A stretch of DNA of 64,000 nt from a bacterium (GCA_965202625.1 CBDBBI010000010.1:1472001-1536000); one strand, 5' to 3'; counted from the stretch's first letter, positions 39,739 to 51,037 are shown. Notes: generated by a model from the sequence alone, not told the origin. Made by a program: numbers and translations.

Positions 39739-40395
39739 ATGATGAGTCTTTCGAGCCATTGCGTCGCCCTGATACCCGTTCGCGATTTCAGAACCGGCAA
39801 ATCCCGGCTCGCACAGGCACTGGACAAAGGCGTTCGGAATCGACTGGGACGCTGGATGCTCGAACGCGTCCTGAAGGCCGTCGGCGGCGCGAATCCCGTC
39901 GATGAAATTGCCGTCCTGAGCGATTCGGCGGAAGTCCTCACCCTCGCCGGAGAATACGGCGCCGTCGGCTTGTTCCAACAATCCAGGGGGCTGAACGGCG
40001 ATCTCGAAGAGGGCCGCTTATGGGCGATGCGAAGAGACGCCGGCTCCCTCTTCGTCGTGCATGGGGATTTGCCGTTTCTGACGAACGGAGAGGTGAGCGC
40101 GTTTCTGGAGGAGAACGCGCCCTTGAAGGGTTCTGCGCGCGGCATACGCATCGCCAAGTCCAAGGACGGCGGCACGAACGCGCTCCTGATGCAGCCGGTT
40201 GACGCGATTCCCTTCCTGTTCGGAGCGCGAAGTTTTCAAAAACACTGGGAGGCGGCGCGGAGCAACTGCTGCGGCGTCCGGGCTTGCGAGTCCTTCGGCT
40301 TCGCGCACGACATAGACTCGCCTGCGGACCTCGAACTCCTGCTCTCTCTTGAGGCGGAGGCACCCCATTGGCTCGCCTCCGCGAAGGCGGGATGA
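39739..40395 (+). CDS. cofC: 2-phospho-L-lactate/PEP guanylyltransferase
   Basis: IPVR...KSRL, GLN, GDLP, GGTNAL, FG..SF..H, DIDSPADL. Confidence 0.9.
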   Translation: MMSLSSHCVALIPVRDFRTGKSRLAQALDKGVRNRLGRWMLERVLKAVGGANPVDEIAVLSDSAEVLTLAGEYGAVGLFQQSRGLNGDLEEGRLWAMRRDAGSLFVVHGDLPFLTNGEVSAFLEENAPLKGSARGIRIAKSKDGGTNALLMQPVDAIPFLFGARSFQKHWEAARSNCCGVRACESFGFAHDIDSPADLELLLSLEAEAPHWLASAKAG

Positions 40396-41153
40396 AACGC
40401 GTGGAGATCATACCCATTCTCGGGCTTCCGGAAGTCCAGAATCGGGACGCCATCGCACCCCTGATCCTCGGCGCGCTCGATGCGGAGGGAATCAAAGTCC
40501 AGAATCGGGACGTCCTCGTTCTCGCCCAAAAGATCATTAGCAAGGCCGAGGGCAGGCTTTTAGATCTGGGCGGCGTGGAACCCTCCCGAAAGGCGCTCGA
40601 CATCGCGTGCCGCGACGGGCGCGACCCGAGGCTGGTAGAGGCGGTGCTGCGCGAGTCGAACGAAATCGTCGTCGCCTCAGAGAACGCGCTCATCGTGGAG
40701 CATCGCACGGGGGCGGTGTGCGCCCACGCCGGCATCGACCGCTCCAACGTCGGGGAAGGTGCGGAGCAGGTTTTGCTCCTACCCCGGGACCCCGATCGCT
40801 CCGCTCGAAAACTGCATGAAGACCTTCGGCGCGCGACGGGCGCGTTCGTTCCCGTTCTCATCGCCGACACGCAAGGGCGCGCCTTTCGGCGGGGCGTCTG
40901 CGGCGTGGCGATAGGATGTGCCGGACTCGCGCCTCTGGCGGACCTCAGAGGAGAAAAGGATCGCGCGGGCCGGGCGCTTGCGATCACCATCCTCGCCCAG
41001 GCGGATGAAATCGCGGCGGCGGCGAGCATGGTGATGGGACAGGACAGCCAGGGAGTTCCCGCTGTCTTGATTCGCGGCCTGCGCTACCATGAGGGAGACG
41101 ACCCCGCGCGCACCCTTTACCGGGAGAAGGAAGAGGATTTGTTTCGCCCCTGA
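40392..41153 (+). CDS. cofE: Coenzyme F420-0:L-glutamate ligase
   Basis: GLPEV, QKIISKAEGR, AGIDRSNV, LLPRDPDRSA, DTQGRAFRRG, ADEIAAAA. Confidence 0.95.
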   Translation: MKRVEIIPILGLPEVQNRDAIAPLILGALDAEGIKVQNRDVLVLAQKIISKAEGRLLDLGGVEPSRKALDIACRDGRDPRLVEAVLRESNEIVVASENALIVEHRTGAVCAHAGIDRSNVGEGAEQVLLLPRDPDRSARKLHEDLRRATGAFVPVLIADTQGRAFRRGVCGVAIGCAGLAPLADLRGEKDRAGRALAITILAQADEIAAAASMVMGQDSQGVPAVLIRGLRYHEGDDPARTLYREKEEDLFRP

Positions 41154-41473
41154 AGCCATGGCTATTTTTCGTATTTTTTGTTGGAACGACGTCGAGGAAG
41201 AGCAACTGAACAACGTCATGGCGCGCGGGATTACGGCGCGCACAGCGCAAATGCGGCAAGATAGCACTCTGCGCCTTTTTTCTCAAAAATTTTCGTTTCA
41301 CGTTTGCGCATTGCGGTAAAAATGCGATAAAATGCAGAAAGTTCAGAAGTTACTCGGAGACGCCGAGGCCGCTTTGCGCAGGGCGTCTCCTGACGGTCAC
41401 CAGCCGTAAGCGACTATGTTCATCAAGCCGACTATGGACCGCCCCTAAAACGACATAGACAAGGTTTCGCTTC

Positions 41474-42760
41474 ATGTGGGGTGCCGCTGCGAATCTCATC
41501 CAGAATTTCTCGTGGAACCATGCGGTCGATATTGGAACCATGTGGTTTCTGCTCTACCAGGTCTATATTCGCTTCAAGGGCACCCAGGCGATGCGCCTTC
41601 TCGTGCGCGTCTTCGTGGCGTGGCTCATCTATCTCGCCGCACAGGCGGCAGGTCTGCATCTGACCTCATTTCTGCTCTGGGCCATCTGGATCGCCGCCCT
41701 CATCCTGTTTCTCATCAATTTCCACGGAGAGATCCAAAGGATATTCTTTCAGCTCAATCCGGTGCGCCGCATCTCCAGGCTGTTGCGCCGGGCGATGCGC
41801 ATCCGCCTGCCGGACGAGGGCGTCGCCGCCATCGCCGAATCCGCGCTCTCGCTCGCACGCAAGAGCCTGGGCGCGATCATCGTCGTGGAGCGTCGCGACA
41901 TGACCGAGGCGCTGCTGAGCAGTCCAGGCGAGCGGATCGAGGCGGACGTCCGGCCCCTGTTACTGGAAAGCGTCTTCCTGAAGGACGCGCCCTGCCACGA
42001 CGGCGCCGCCGTGATTCGAGAGAACAAGGTCTCGCGCGTGGGATGTTTTTTACCCCTCTCCGAGAACCGCGCCCTGCCTCCGGAGCTCGGCGCGCGCCAT
42101 CGAGCGGCGGTGGGCATCACCGAGCGCTGCGACGCCCTGGCGCTCGTCGTCTCCGAGGAGCGGGGCGAGGTCACCGGCGTCGAGGGAGGACAGACGAAGA
42201 CGATAGCGGGGGAGAGGGAAATCGCATCATGGCTCACGGCGCGCCTGCGCGCGGCCAGAGAGGCGGGACAGGTGAGCAGACGCATCTCGCCCAAACACGT
42301 TCTTGAGAACTGGAAGCCCAAGCTCGCCGCCCTCGCTGCGGTCGTTTTTCTCTGGACGCTGGGCGGGCAGGGACGGCAAAATACGCAGAATTTCTTCTCG
42401 CAACTCGAAAGGACGGCAGAGGAGGAATTTCACGTTCCGCTCCATTATTACAACCTTCCGGGCGGAGTCTCCCTGCCGGAGGAGGCGGCGAAAGACGTAA
42501 GGATTCGCCTCCGAGGCAGACGCGACCTCCTGCATTACATCGACGCCGCCCGCCTGCGCGTGAACGTGAACCTCGCCAAGGCGACGCCCGGTGCGCATTC
42601 GCACACGCTGTCCGGTAGGGACGTCAACCTTCCAAGCGATCTCGAATTTCTGGGCGCCGAACCCAAAACCATACGGCTTCTCCTTGAACAAACGGACGCG
42701 CCCGAGAAGAGGAAGAAGGCGAATCTCTCCCCAAAAGCAGAAAGTTTGCCGAATTTTTAA
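41474..42760 (+). CDS. Membrane diadenylate cyclase (CdaA/DisA_N) fused to a YbbR/CdaR-like domain
   Basis: Three N-terminal TM segments, HDGA and GARHRAA catalytic motifs, VSEERG, then NWKPKL..TM segment and a VRIRLRG YbbR-like beta domain. Confidence 0.88.
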   Translation: MWGAAANLIQNFSWNHAVDIGTMWFLLYQVYIRFKGTQAMRLLVRVFVAWLIYLAAQAAGLHLTSFLLWAIWIAALILFLINFHGEIQRIFFQLNPVRRISRLLRRAMRIRLPDEGVAAIAESALSLARKSLGAIIVVERRDMTEALLSSPGERIEADVRPLLLESVFLKDAPCHDGAAVIRENKVSRVGCFLPLSENRALPPELGARHRAAVGITERCDALALVVSEERGEVTGVEGGQTKTIAGEREIASWLTARLRAAREAGQVSRRISPKHVLENWKPKLAALAAVVFLWTLGGQGRQNTQNFFSQLERTAEEEFHVPLHYYNLPGGVSLPEEAAKDVRIRLRGRRDLLHYIDAARLRVNVNLAKATPGAHSHTLSGRDVNLPSDLEFLGAEPKTIRLLLEQTDAPEKRKKANLSPKAESLPNF

Positions 42761-42790
42761 GGGACTCCCTTCCGCCGCCTGAAAATAGAC

Positions 42791-42819
42791 TTGTTTTTTT
42801 CACGCCGAGAACCTATATT
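42791..42819 (+). promoter_or_regulatory. Sigma70-like promoter
   Basis: TTGTTT-N17-TATATT directly upstream of the structured region. Confidence 0.55.
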
Positions 42820-42825
42820 GAAATC

Positions 42826-43103
42826 AGCCAGACGGTTCGTTGGCCGCATGAAGGAGCCGACATAGGAAACGGCTCCTCGTTGGGTGAACTTTCAGGCGAG
42901 GGAGGATGCGATGATATTCCTGATGAATCGCTTCACACGCGCGGAGTTTCCATCCTCCCCGGCCCACCGCATCAGCCGGACGGGGAGGAAACACCAAGGT
43001 TGATGCGCAAACCAAGGCGGCGCGTTGCCGTCTGAAGGTGGGATCGACTCACCTCGGAAAAACAAACAAAGAGAGCGGGACGAAACGTCCCGCTCTTCTT
43101 TTT
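42826..43103 (+). ncRNA. Candidate structured non-coding RNA, family unassigned
   Basis: Nested stems CAGACGGT/GCCGTCTG, GCCGC/GCGGC, AGGAGCCG/CGGCTCCT, GGGAGGATG/CATCCTCCC, GCATCAGCC/GGTTGATGC and AGGTGGG/CTCACCT; flanked by a promoter and a terminator; no credible ORF. Confidence 0.5.
43072..43103 (+). terminator. Rho-independent terminator, probably bidirectional
   Basis: AGAGCGGGAC-GAAAC-GTCCCGCTCT followed by TCTTTTT; A-rich tract on the upstream side. Confidence 0.8.
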
Positions 43104-43140
43104 GCAGGAGTTTCGAGAACACGCTGGAGGTTTTGGTCTC

Positions 43141-43335
43141 CTATATCTTCGTCTCCAGTTTTCGCATCTCGATCTCCATCTGCTGCATCTTGTTCTTGAG
43201 CACGTTGAAGTCATACTCCAACCCCTCGGCGAGCAGGACGAGACCCTGATACAACTGGTATTTCTCGGGTGCGTCCGCCTCGCTCACCGAATCAAGAATT
43301 TTGGCGAAAGCCTCTCTGGCGTGATGAAAGCTCAA
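43141..43335 (-). CDS. Small hypothetical coiled-coil protein (64 aa)
   Basis: AAGGAGG RBS before TTG; MSFHHAREAF...MQQMEIEMRKLETKI. Confidence 0.65.
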   Translation of the reverse strand: MSFHHAREAFAKILDSVSEADAPEKYQLYQGLVLLAEGLEYDFNVLKNKMQQMEIEMRKLETKI

Positions 43336-43501
43336 AGCCCATTCCTCCTTGGTTGCGCGCCGGCGTTCGGATAGAACGCTCCTGATGAGGAGAAATCCTA
43401 CCCGCATCTCTGCTAGAATCAAGCCCATCGACAAACAAGCCGTCCCGCCTGCGAGGAGGCGCCTTCATGCCGAAAAGACCGCACGCGACACAATCTGTAG
43501 G

Positions 43502-43893
43502 ATGTGCACCACTACGGTCAAGCACTCCTACGTGTGCGACGGACCCGAGCGGGCGGCGGAGCGGACCTCGCCGTTTGCGTTTTGCATCGCCGGGCACGCC
43601 GGCCGAGGTTTCTCCACGTGATGGGAGCGGCGAAGAGCGAGGGCATCTGCATCGACGGCGTGGAGGCGGGCGCGGAGTTCAGGCACAATCTCTCGCCGAG
43701 GTTTCACCCGGATTTTCATGGGGACCCCGCGCACAGGAAACCGCCCATCGGCGTCATTCGCACGAGCCGCTGCGTCCACGGCGACGTCTCCGAGGCCCAG
43801 GGCGCGCAACTCCTGGAGAAACGCGCGAACTGCCCCATAGCAGGAGGGCGTCATCAGCATGGAGGAGGGGGCGGAGCCTTCTGGGAAGTGTGA
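43502..43893 (+). pseudogene. Probable OsmC-family pseudogene (frameshifted)
   Basis: One frame gives SYVCDGPE...SPFAFCIAG and the next gives AAKSEGICIDGVEA...VHGDVSEAQ...LLEK..NCPIA, which together resemble the OsmC layout. Confidence 0.4.
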
Positions 43894-44016
43894 AAACCGG
43901 ACGGAAGAGAGGCCAAGGAGAGCGCGGTGCTTGACGAGACGAGAAAATCAAGCAGGCGGAGCGTCTGGGGGAGAGCGCTCCCCTCGGGAGTTCGCCGCCC
44001 TGATGAGGAATTCGTG

Positions 44017-44754
44017 ATGAAAATCGTATGTGTCGGACAGGGCAAGATGGGGGCCGGCATGGCCGCCAACCTTCAGAAAGCGCGTTATGCGCCCATCGTT
44101 CATGACGTCCTCCGGAAGGCGGGCGCTGGGCGGGGCGCGCCGTGGGCGGATTCTCCTCAAGAGGTCGCCCGCGCGTGCGACGTCGTCCTCGCCTCGCTGC
44201 CGGTGCCCAGGGAGGTCGAGAGCGTCTCCACGCGCCCAAACGGCGTGCTCGAGGGGATCAGCGCGGGAAAAGTCTATACCGACCTGAACACGGGATACCC
44301 CGCCAGCGTTCGGCGCATCCATCAGAAATTCGCCGAGGCGGGCGCCCGCATGATGGACCCTCCCGTGAACGGCTCCACCATCGGCGCGAAAACGGGGCAC
44401 CGCGCGCTCATGGTGGGGGGCGAGGATGAGGCGTGCGAGCGCCGTCAGCCCGTCCTCGATACCATCGGAGATCGCCTCACCCACACCGGCGGAATCGGCA
44501 GCGGCACCATCTGCAAACTCGCCCACAACTGCCCTGGCTGCGGTGCTCAAACCATCGCGGCGGAATGCTGCACTCCGGGCGTCAAGGCGGGCGCATCGCC
44601 CGGCGCAGCGGGCAACGTCGCCTACCAGGAAACCATCGCGGGCCTCCACCGGGGCTGGGGGGAGGACGGCGCGAGGCGCGCCACGGCGCTGCAAGAAGAG
44701 CGGGCGGGCGGCGTTCGGGTGAGAATTTCAGAACGGGAGGACGCTTCGAGATGA
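44017..44754 (+). pseudogene. Degenerate 3-hydroxyisobutyrate dehydrogenase-family (NAD(P)-dependent) gene
   Basis: GQGKMG, DPPVNG and GSGTICKLAHN deviate from the family consensus; the C-terminal helical domain looks shortened. Confidence 0.6.
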
Positions 44755-45776
44755 AACAAGGCATCGCCATGCTGCCGCCGGATCCGGCGACCTACGCCCG
44801 TTGGTGTCGGCTCGCCGAGGAGGCGGGTTTTGACGTCATCTGGGTGCCGGACTCCCAATCCCTCTACAGGGAGCTTTACGTTTCATGCGCCGTCTGCGCG
44901 TCGAGTACCACGCGCACGCTGTTGGGCCCCAACGTCACCAACCCGCTCACGCGCCATCCGGCGGTGACGGCGAGCGCGATCGCCACGGTGGATGAACTCT
45001 CCGGCGGGCGGGCGCTTTTGGCGATCGCCACGGGCGACAGCGCGGTTCTGAACCTGGGCCTCAAGCCCGCCAGGCTCGCCGAGATGCGCGAATACGTTCT
45101 CGCCCTGCGCGGATTGCTTGAGGGGGGCGCGGTGCGCTATCAGGGAAACCCATGCTCTCCGGGCTGGCACCGCAAACGCATTCCCCTCTACATTGCCGCC
45201 GAGGGGCCGCGCGGCATTCGGCTGGCGGGCGAGGTGGCGGACGGCGTCATCATCGGGGCCGGCCTCACGCCCGAGGTGGCGGCGGACGCTCTCACCTGGC
45301 TGGAGGAGGGTGCCAGAGCGTCGGGCCGCAAGGTGGACGCACTGGACGTCTGGTGGCTGGTGAAGGCGAACGTGGGAGAGGACGGGAACCGCGCGCGCGA
45401 GGAGGTGCGCACCGCCCTCGCCGCAAGCGCGCACCACGCCTTTCGCTTCTCGCTCGAGGGCAGGCGCATTCCCAAAGAACTCCTCTCCTCGGTCGCAGCC
45501 CTCAAAAGGGAATACGCATTCCACGAGCACGAGATGGTGGACAGACAAGCAAACGCGGAACTCGTGGACAGGCTCGGGCTTCGGGAATATCTGCTGGATC
45601 GCTTCGCTGTCGCCGGAACGCCCGCCGAATGCCGCCAAAAAATCAGACAGATGCAGGCCATCGGCATCGAGAATGTAAGAATTTCCGCCCACGTGCTCGA
45701 CAAGCCCGCCTTCATCCGGACGTGGAGCCGCGAGGTGATGGGCGCGGCCGCCCAGAGCAAGAGGAGACTCCCATGA
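44751..45776 (+). CDS. LLM-class oxidoreductase, Mer-like (probably F420-dependent)
   Basis: PDSQSLYRE, GPNVTNPLTRHPAVTASA, ATGDSAV, AAEGP..LAGEVADG. Confidence 0.88.
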   Translation: MKQGIAMLPPDPATYARWCRLAEEAGFDVIWVPDSQSLYRELYVSCAVCASSTTRTLLGPNVTNPLTRHPAVTASAIATVDELSGGRALLAIATGDSAVLNLGLKPARLAEMREYVLALRGLLEGGAVRYQGNPCSPGWHRKRIPLYIAAEGPRGIRLAGEVADGVIIGAGLTPEVAADALTWLEEGARASGRKVDALDVWWLVKANVGEDGNRAREEVRTALAASAHHAFRFSLEGRRIPKELLSSVAALKREYAFHEHEMVDRQANAELVDRLGLREYLLDRFAVAGTPAECRQKIRQMQAIGIENVRISAHVLDKPAFIRTWSREVMGAAAQSKRRLP

Positions 45777-46783
45777 GACACGGCGTTTCGTTCAGGCCGC
45801 CCGATACCGCCTCGTTCGCCCGCTGGTGCCGATGCGCGGAGGCGCTCGGGTTCGACGCGGTGTTCATTCCCGACTCGCAATCCCTCTACCGGGAGGTCTA
45901 TGTGTCGAGTGCGATATGCGCGATGCAGACGAGCAAAATTCTCTTTGGCCCGTGCGTCACGAACCCCGTCACGCGGCACCCGGCCGTGGCGGCGAGCGCG
46001 ATAGGCACCATCAGCGAGCTCTCCGGCGGCCGCGCCTTCTGGGGGATCGCCACCGGCGACAGCGCGGTCCTGAACCTGGGCTTAAGGCCTGCGAAGCGCG
46101 CCGAGATGCGCGAATACGTCCTCGCCGTGCGGGGAATGCTCGAGGAGGGAAGCGCCGAATACAAGGGGAAGACGAACCGGCTGAGCTGGCACAAATCCCA
46201 CGTGCCCATTCACATCGCCGCAGAAGGCCCCCAGACCTTAAGACTGGCGGGCGAGGTGGCCGACGGCGTCATCATTGGAACCGGCCTCACGCCCGAGGTC
46301 ATCGAGGACACGCTCGCCTTCATAGACGAGGGCGCCAAAAAATCCGGCAGACGGGTGGAGGACCTGGACCTCTGGTGGCTGGCGGACGCCCACGTGGACG
46401 CCGAGGGGGAACGCGCGCGCGCGGACGTTCGCACCGCCCTCGCCGCAAGCGCGCACCACTCTTTCTCGTTCACCCTCAAGGGCAAGCGCATTCCACAGGA
46501 GCTGGAAGCCGGCATTCGCGCCCTCAGGGACGGCTACCAGACGTCCGAGCACGGCCGCATGGACAAATCGACCAATGCCGCACTCGTCGATCGCTTCGGA
46601 CTCAGGGATTACCTGGCGGAGCGCTTCGCTATCGTCGGCACGCCCGCCGAGTGCAGGGAGAGGCTGAAAACGCTGGAAGGGCGGGGCGTCAAGGGATTGC
46701 GCATCAACAACAACCTGCCCGACAGAACCGCGTTCATGGACGTCTGGAGCAAGCAAGTGAGGGGAATAGCGCAGGCGGAATGA
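45773..46783 (+). CDS. LLM-class oxidoreductase, Mer-like (tandem paralog)
   Basis: Same motifs as 44751-45776; ATGA overlap with the upstream gene. Confidence 0.88.
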   Translation: MRHGVSFRPPDTASFARWCRCAEALGFDAVFIPDSQSLYREVYVSSAICAMQTSKILFGPCVTNPVTRHPAVAASAIGTISELSGGRAFWGIATGDSAVLNLGLRPAKRAEMREYVLAVRGMLEEGSAEYKGKTNRLSWHKSHVPIHIAAEGPQTLRLAGEVADGVIIGTGLTPEVIEDTLAFIDEGAKKSGRRVEDLDLWWLADAHVDAEGERARADVRTALAASAHHSFSFTLKGKRIPQELEAGIRALRDGYQTSEHGRMDKSTNAALVDRFGLRDYLAERFAIVGTPAECRERLKTLEGRGVKGLRINNNLPDRTAFMDVWSKQVRGIAQAE

Positions 46784-47435
46784 GGAAAGGCAACGGCGCC
46801 TCCGCCGGTCCGCGCATACCGAAAAATCGGCGGACACGTCCATCTGCTTCACGAGGTCCCGCCAAAACGCCCACACCACGCGCAAACGCGGGCATCCTCG
46901 CAAGAACGGAATATAAAAATATAGAAAACAGAAAGCGGACGCGGGGTGCCAAGTTCCCCATCGCGCCGCCCTCTCGCATCAGAACGTCCAGTGCGCCCTA
47001 TTCACTCCGTCCTCTCGGTGGTATAATAGTCCTTGTGCACATACATTGCCCATAATCGCTCCGGAGGCGATCTGCGCGATTGCGCCTTTTTCGTCCCGAC
47101 AAATCCGGTTTCCCTGATTCCACGTCTATTTCCAGCGCCTTTCGAGGCGCGAAGCCATTTTTGAGGTGAGGAGGGCAACGCATACGTCTCATCACAACGA
47201 TCATGATCATGAAACCCTATCAGGCGCGAGGACTTGAGAAGCGCGCGCGATGAGGACGCGGCGCCGAGCTCAACGCCGTCATGGAATCCGGCGGCGGACG
47301 CGGAGGCGCGAGAATTCTCATCCATCCGGTGGAGGACGCATCCGGACGGCGGGCAGCGAGAGGCCGCCGCCTGAACCCCTGAAAAACCTGTTCTTCTCGA
47401 TTCGTTTTCCACGCATTTCAAAGGAGGTTCAAAAG

Positions 47436-48725
<1,290 letters not shown>

Positions 48726-48841
48726 GCCGCTTTTCCAGAAGGCTCCGGGGCTGCGGCTCCGGAGCCTTCGCGCATTCCCGCGCGCGAAAGATCACGGACC
48801 TGGGAGCCGCGCAAACGAGAAAATGGAGAGTGTAGCCAAAC

Positions 48842-48926
48842 AAAAGTCATTGCGAATGGCCTGGAAAAACGGCTCCTAAAACGGCTGTGCAAGGGCGTTG
48901 AAAAGGTCGTGCAAAGCAGGTTCGTC
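48842..48926 (-). repeat. Copy of the dispersed intergenic repeat (reverse orientation)
   Basis: TTGCGAATGGCCTGGAAAAACGGCTC...GTGCAAGGGCGTTGAAAAGGTCG is the reverse complement of the 4146 and 5991 elements. Confidence 0.8.
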
Positions 48927-49204
48927 GAGCGTGATGGCGGCGAGGGGGTCGTGCAGACTCCGCCGAAGCGGAGAACGGAGAACACCCTGCCCTGCCCGAC
49001 GACCGCAATCCGCAAATCTTAAAAGCCCCCCTGGGGCGGCAGGCGGGTTTGATCGCGCTGACGAAACTCCGCGTAATACGCAATAGGAAGCTGCGGCACT
49101 CTCCCGCGATCATGGCGAGGGCACGGCGCATGAACAGATGACAGGACGGGGGGAGATACAAGACAGGCTGCCGCTCTCCCGAACAACGGGGACGGCGGTT
49201 TATC

Positions 49205-51037
49205 CTATGAGGCGGCGGACTCCCTGATGCGGTCGAAATACGCCGCGGCGTCATCCGGCAGGGAGGTGAAGCGCATCCGCGTCCTCTCCCCTTCCGCCTC
49301 CACGACCTTCGCATAGACCTCGGAGACGTTCGCCTCCTCGAACTTGAGCACCACGTTGGCGTTTCTCTGAAAAGCGCCCTCCACGGCGGCATCGACGCAA
49401 TTCTGCGAAATGCGAGCGACCTCTCCGCGCACCGCGTGCTCGGAAACCCTTTTTCCGTCCACCTCGAAAACCTGCACCACAACCGGGGGGGCCAAATCCA
49501 CAAAAACCTCCTCCTCGCGCGGAGGCGTCTCGCACGCGTATTCCCCCGACATTCCCAGAACCTCATACACGCGAACGGGCTCCTCCAGTCCCTTGAAGCG
49601 CAAGTCCTGGACTTCTCCCACCTTGAGGAGATCCGCCGTCCTGCTGTGCGTCTCGGGGCTGATGAGCACCTGCCCGCTCACGGTGTGGGATTCGATGCGG
49701 TAGGCCATGTTGATGGTCGTCCCCATCGCGCCGTATTTGGTGCGCTTCTCCGAGCCTATGTTGCCGACGATCACCTCGCCCGTGTTGACGCCGATCCCCA
49801 TGTGGAGCTCGGGCAGGCCGCGCGCCCTTTGCTCCTCGTTGATGCCCTCCAGCGCACACTGCATTTGCACCGCACACGCCACCGCCCGCGCCGGATCGTC
49901 CGGGGCGGCGAGCGGCGCGCCGAAGAACGCGAGAATCCCGTCTCCCTGAAATTCATCGACCGTCCCCTTGTATCGGGTGATTGTCTCCACCATCGGCTCC
50001 AGAAAGCGGTTCACCACGTCAATGACCTCATCCGGCTTCAGGCGGGAGGAGAGAGCGGTGAACCCCCGCAGGTCGGAGACCAGAAAGGTCACCTCGCGCA
50101 CCTCGCCGCCGAGCTTCAGACCGTCGGGCGAGTTCAGAAGCTCGTCCACGATCTCCTCGCTGATGTAGCGCCCGAAGGTATCGCGTATGAAATCTCTCTG
50201 CTTCAAGCCCTCGATCATGCCCTCAAACGAGGCCGCCAGGCGGCCCACCTCGTCGTGGCCCCTCTTGGCGGGAAGCGAGACGTCCAGATTCCCCCGGCTC
50301 ACCTCCTCGGACGCCGATGTGAGGCTCCTGAGCAGGCGCAGCATTCGAGAGGAGGCGAACCCGAACAGGAGGAGGCCCAGGGCGAGCAGCGCGGCGGTGA
50401 AGCCGAACAGCCGGATGGTGTTCGCCCGCACCTTCTCGGCAACGGGGTTGGCGAACTTGTTGACCATCAGAATGGCCACCACCTTTTTGTTCAGCTTGAG
50501 GGGCACGTTGACCTGCAAAAACTGATTGAACAAGCGATCCCCCACCTTGCCGCCGAAGAGTTGGGAGTGCATCATCTCGCCGCGGTCCCAGGTGTCGTTC
50601 GTGGCCTTGTAGGTGGCGGGAAAGAGTTGGTGAATGTGGGCGTCCTGGCCGATGCCGAACCCATCGTGACCGGCGGCGACGTATTCGTAGCGCCCGTTGG
50701 GCCGGCGGCGCATGATGACGGCGTTGTCCACTCCCGAGAGCTTCTTGATGCGCCGCAGCGCGGCCAGAACGATCGCGTATTCCTCCGTCTTCTTGTCGCT
50801 CGGCTTTCTGAGGGCGTGCACCGACTCGGAGTCGATGAGGGAGACGCCGCGCTCGGCGATGAACTCGAGCTTGGCCGCCAGCACGTCGATCTCGTAATCC
50901 CGGCTGGACTGATAGTATCGAAACGAAAGGGGCGCGATGGCGACGATGAGGATCACCAGAAAAAGCGCCATGTTCTTGAAGACGATGGAGAAGTAAAAAC
51001 CCTTTTTGGGGGTGGACTGGACGCTTGATGCGCTCAC
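49205..51037 (-). CDS. Membrane class III adenylate/guanylate cyclase with sensor and HAMP domains
   Basis: Two TM segments, HAMP (DEVGRLA), FGRYI, SDLRGFT, FQGDG, GNIGSEKRTKYGAMG, NMAYRIE. Confidence 0.92.
   Translation of the reverse strand: MSASSVQSTPKKGFYFSIVFKNMALFLVILIVAIAPLSFRYYQSSRDYEIDVLAAKLEFIAERGVSLIDSESVHALRKPSDKKTEEYAIVLAALRRIKKLSGVDNAVIMRRRPNGRYEYVAAGHDGFGIGQDAHIHQLFPATYKATNDTWDRGEMMHSQLFGGKVGDRLFNQFLQVNVPLKLNKKVVAILMVNKFANPVAEKVRANTIRLFGFTAALLALGLLLFGFASSRMLRLLRSLTSASEEVSRGNLDVSLPAKRGHDEVGRLAASFEGMIEGLKQRDFIRDTFGRYISEEIVDELLNSPDGLKLGGEVREVTFLVSDLRGFTALSSRLKPDEVIDVVNRFLEPMVETITRYKGTVDEFQGDGILAFFGAPLAAPDDPARAVACAVQMQCALEGINEEQRARGLPELHMGIGVNTGEVIVGNIGSEKRTKYGAMGTTINMAYRIESHTVSGQVLISPETHSRTADLLKVGEVQDLRFKGLEEPVRVYEVLGMSGEYACETPPREEEVFVDLAPPVVVQVFEVDGKRVSEHAVRGEVARISQNCVDAAVEGAFQRNANVVLKFEEANVSEVYAKVVEAEGERTRMRFTSLPDDAAAYFDRIRESAAS

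Noticed and set aside
42826-43055. Glycine or c-di-AMP (ydaO) riboswitch
   Set aside because: Only short partial motifs (GAAGGAGC, ACTTTCAGG, TTGGGTGAA) match, and there is no downstream gene on the same strand to regulate.
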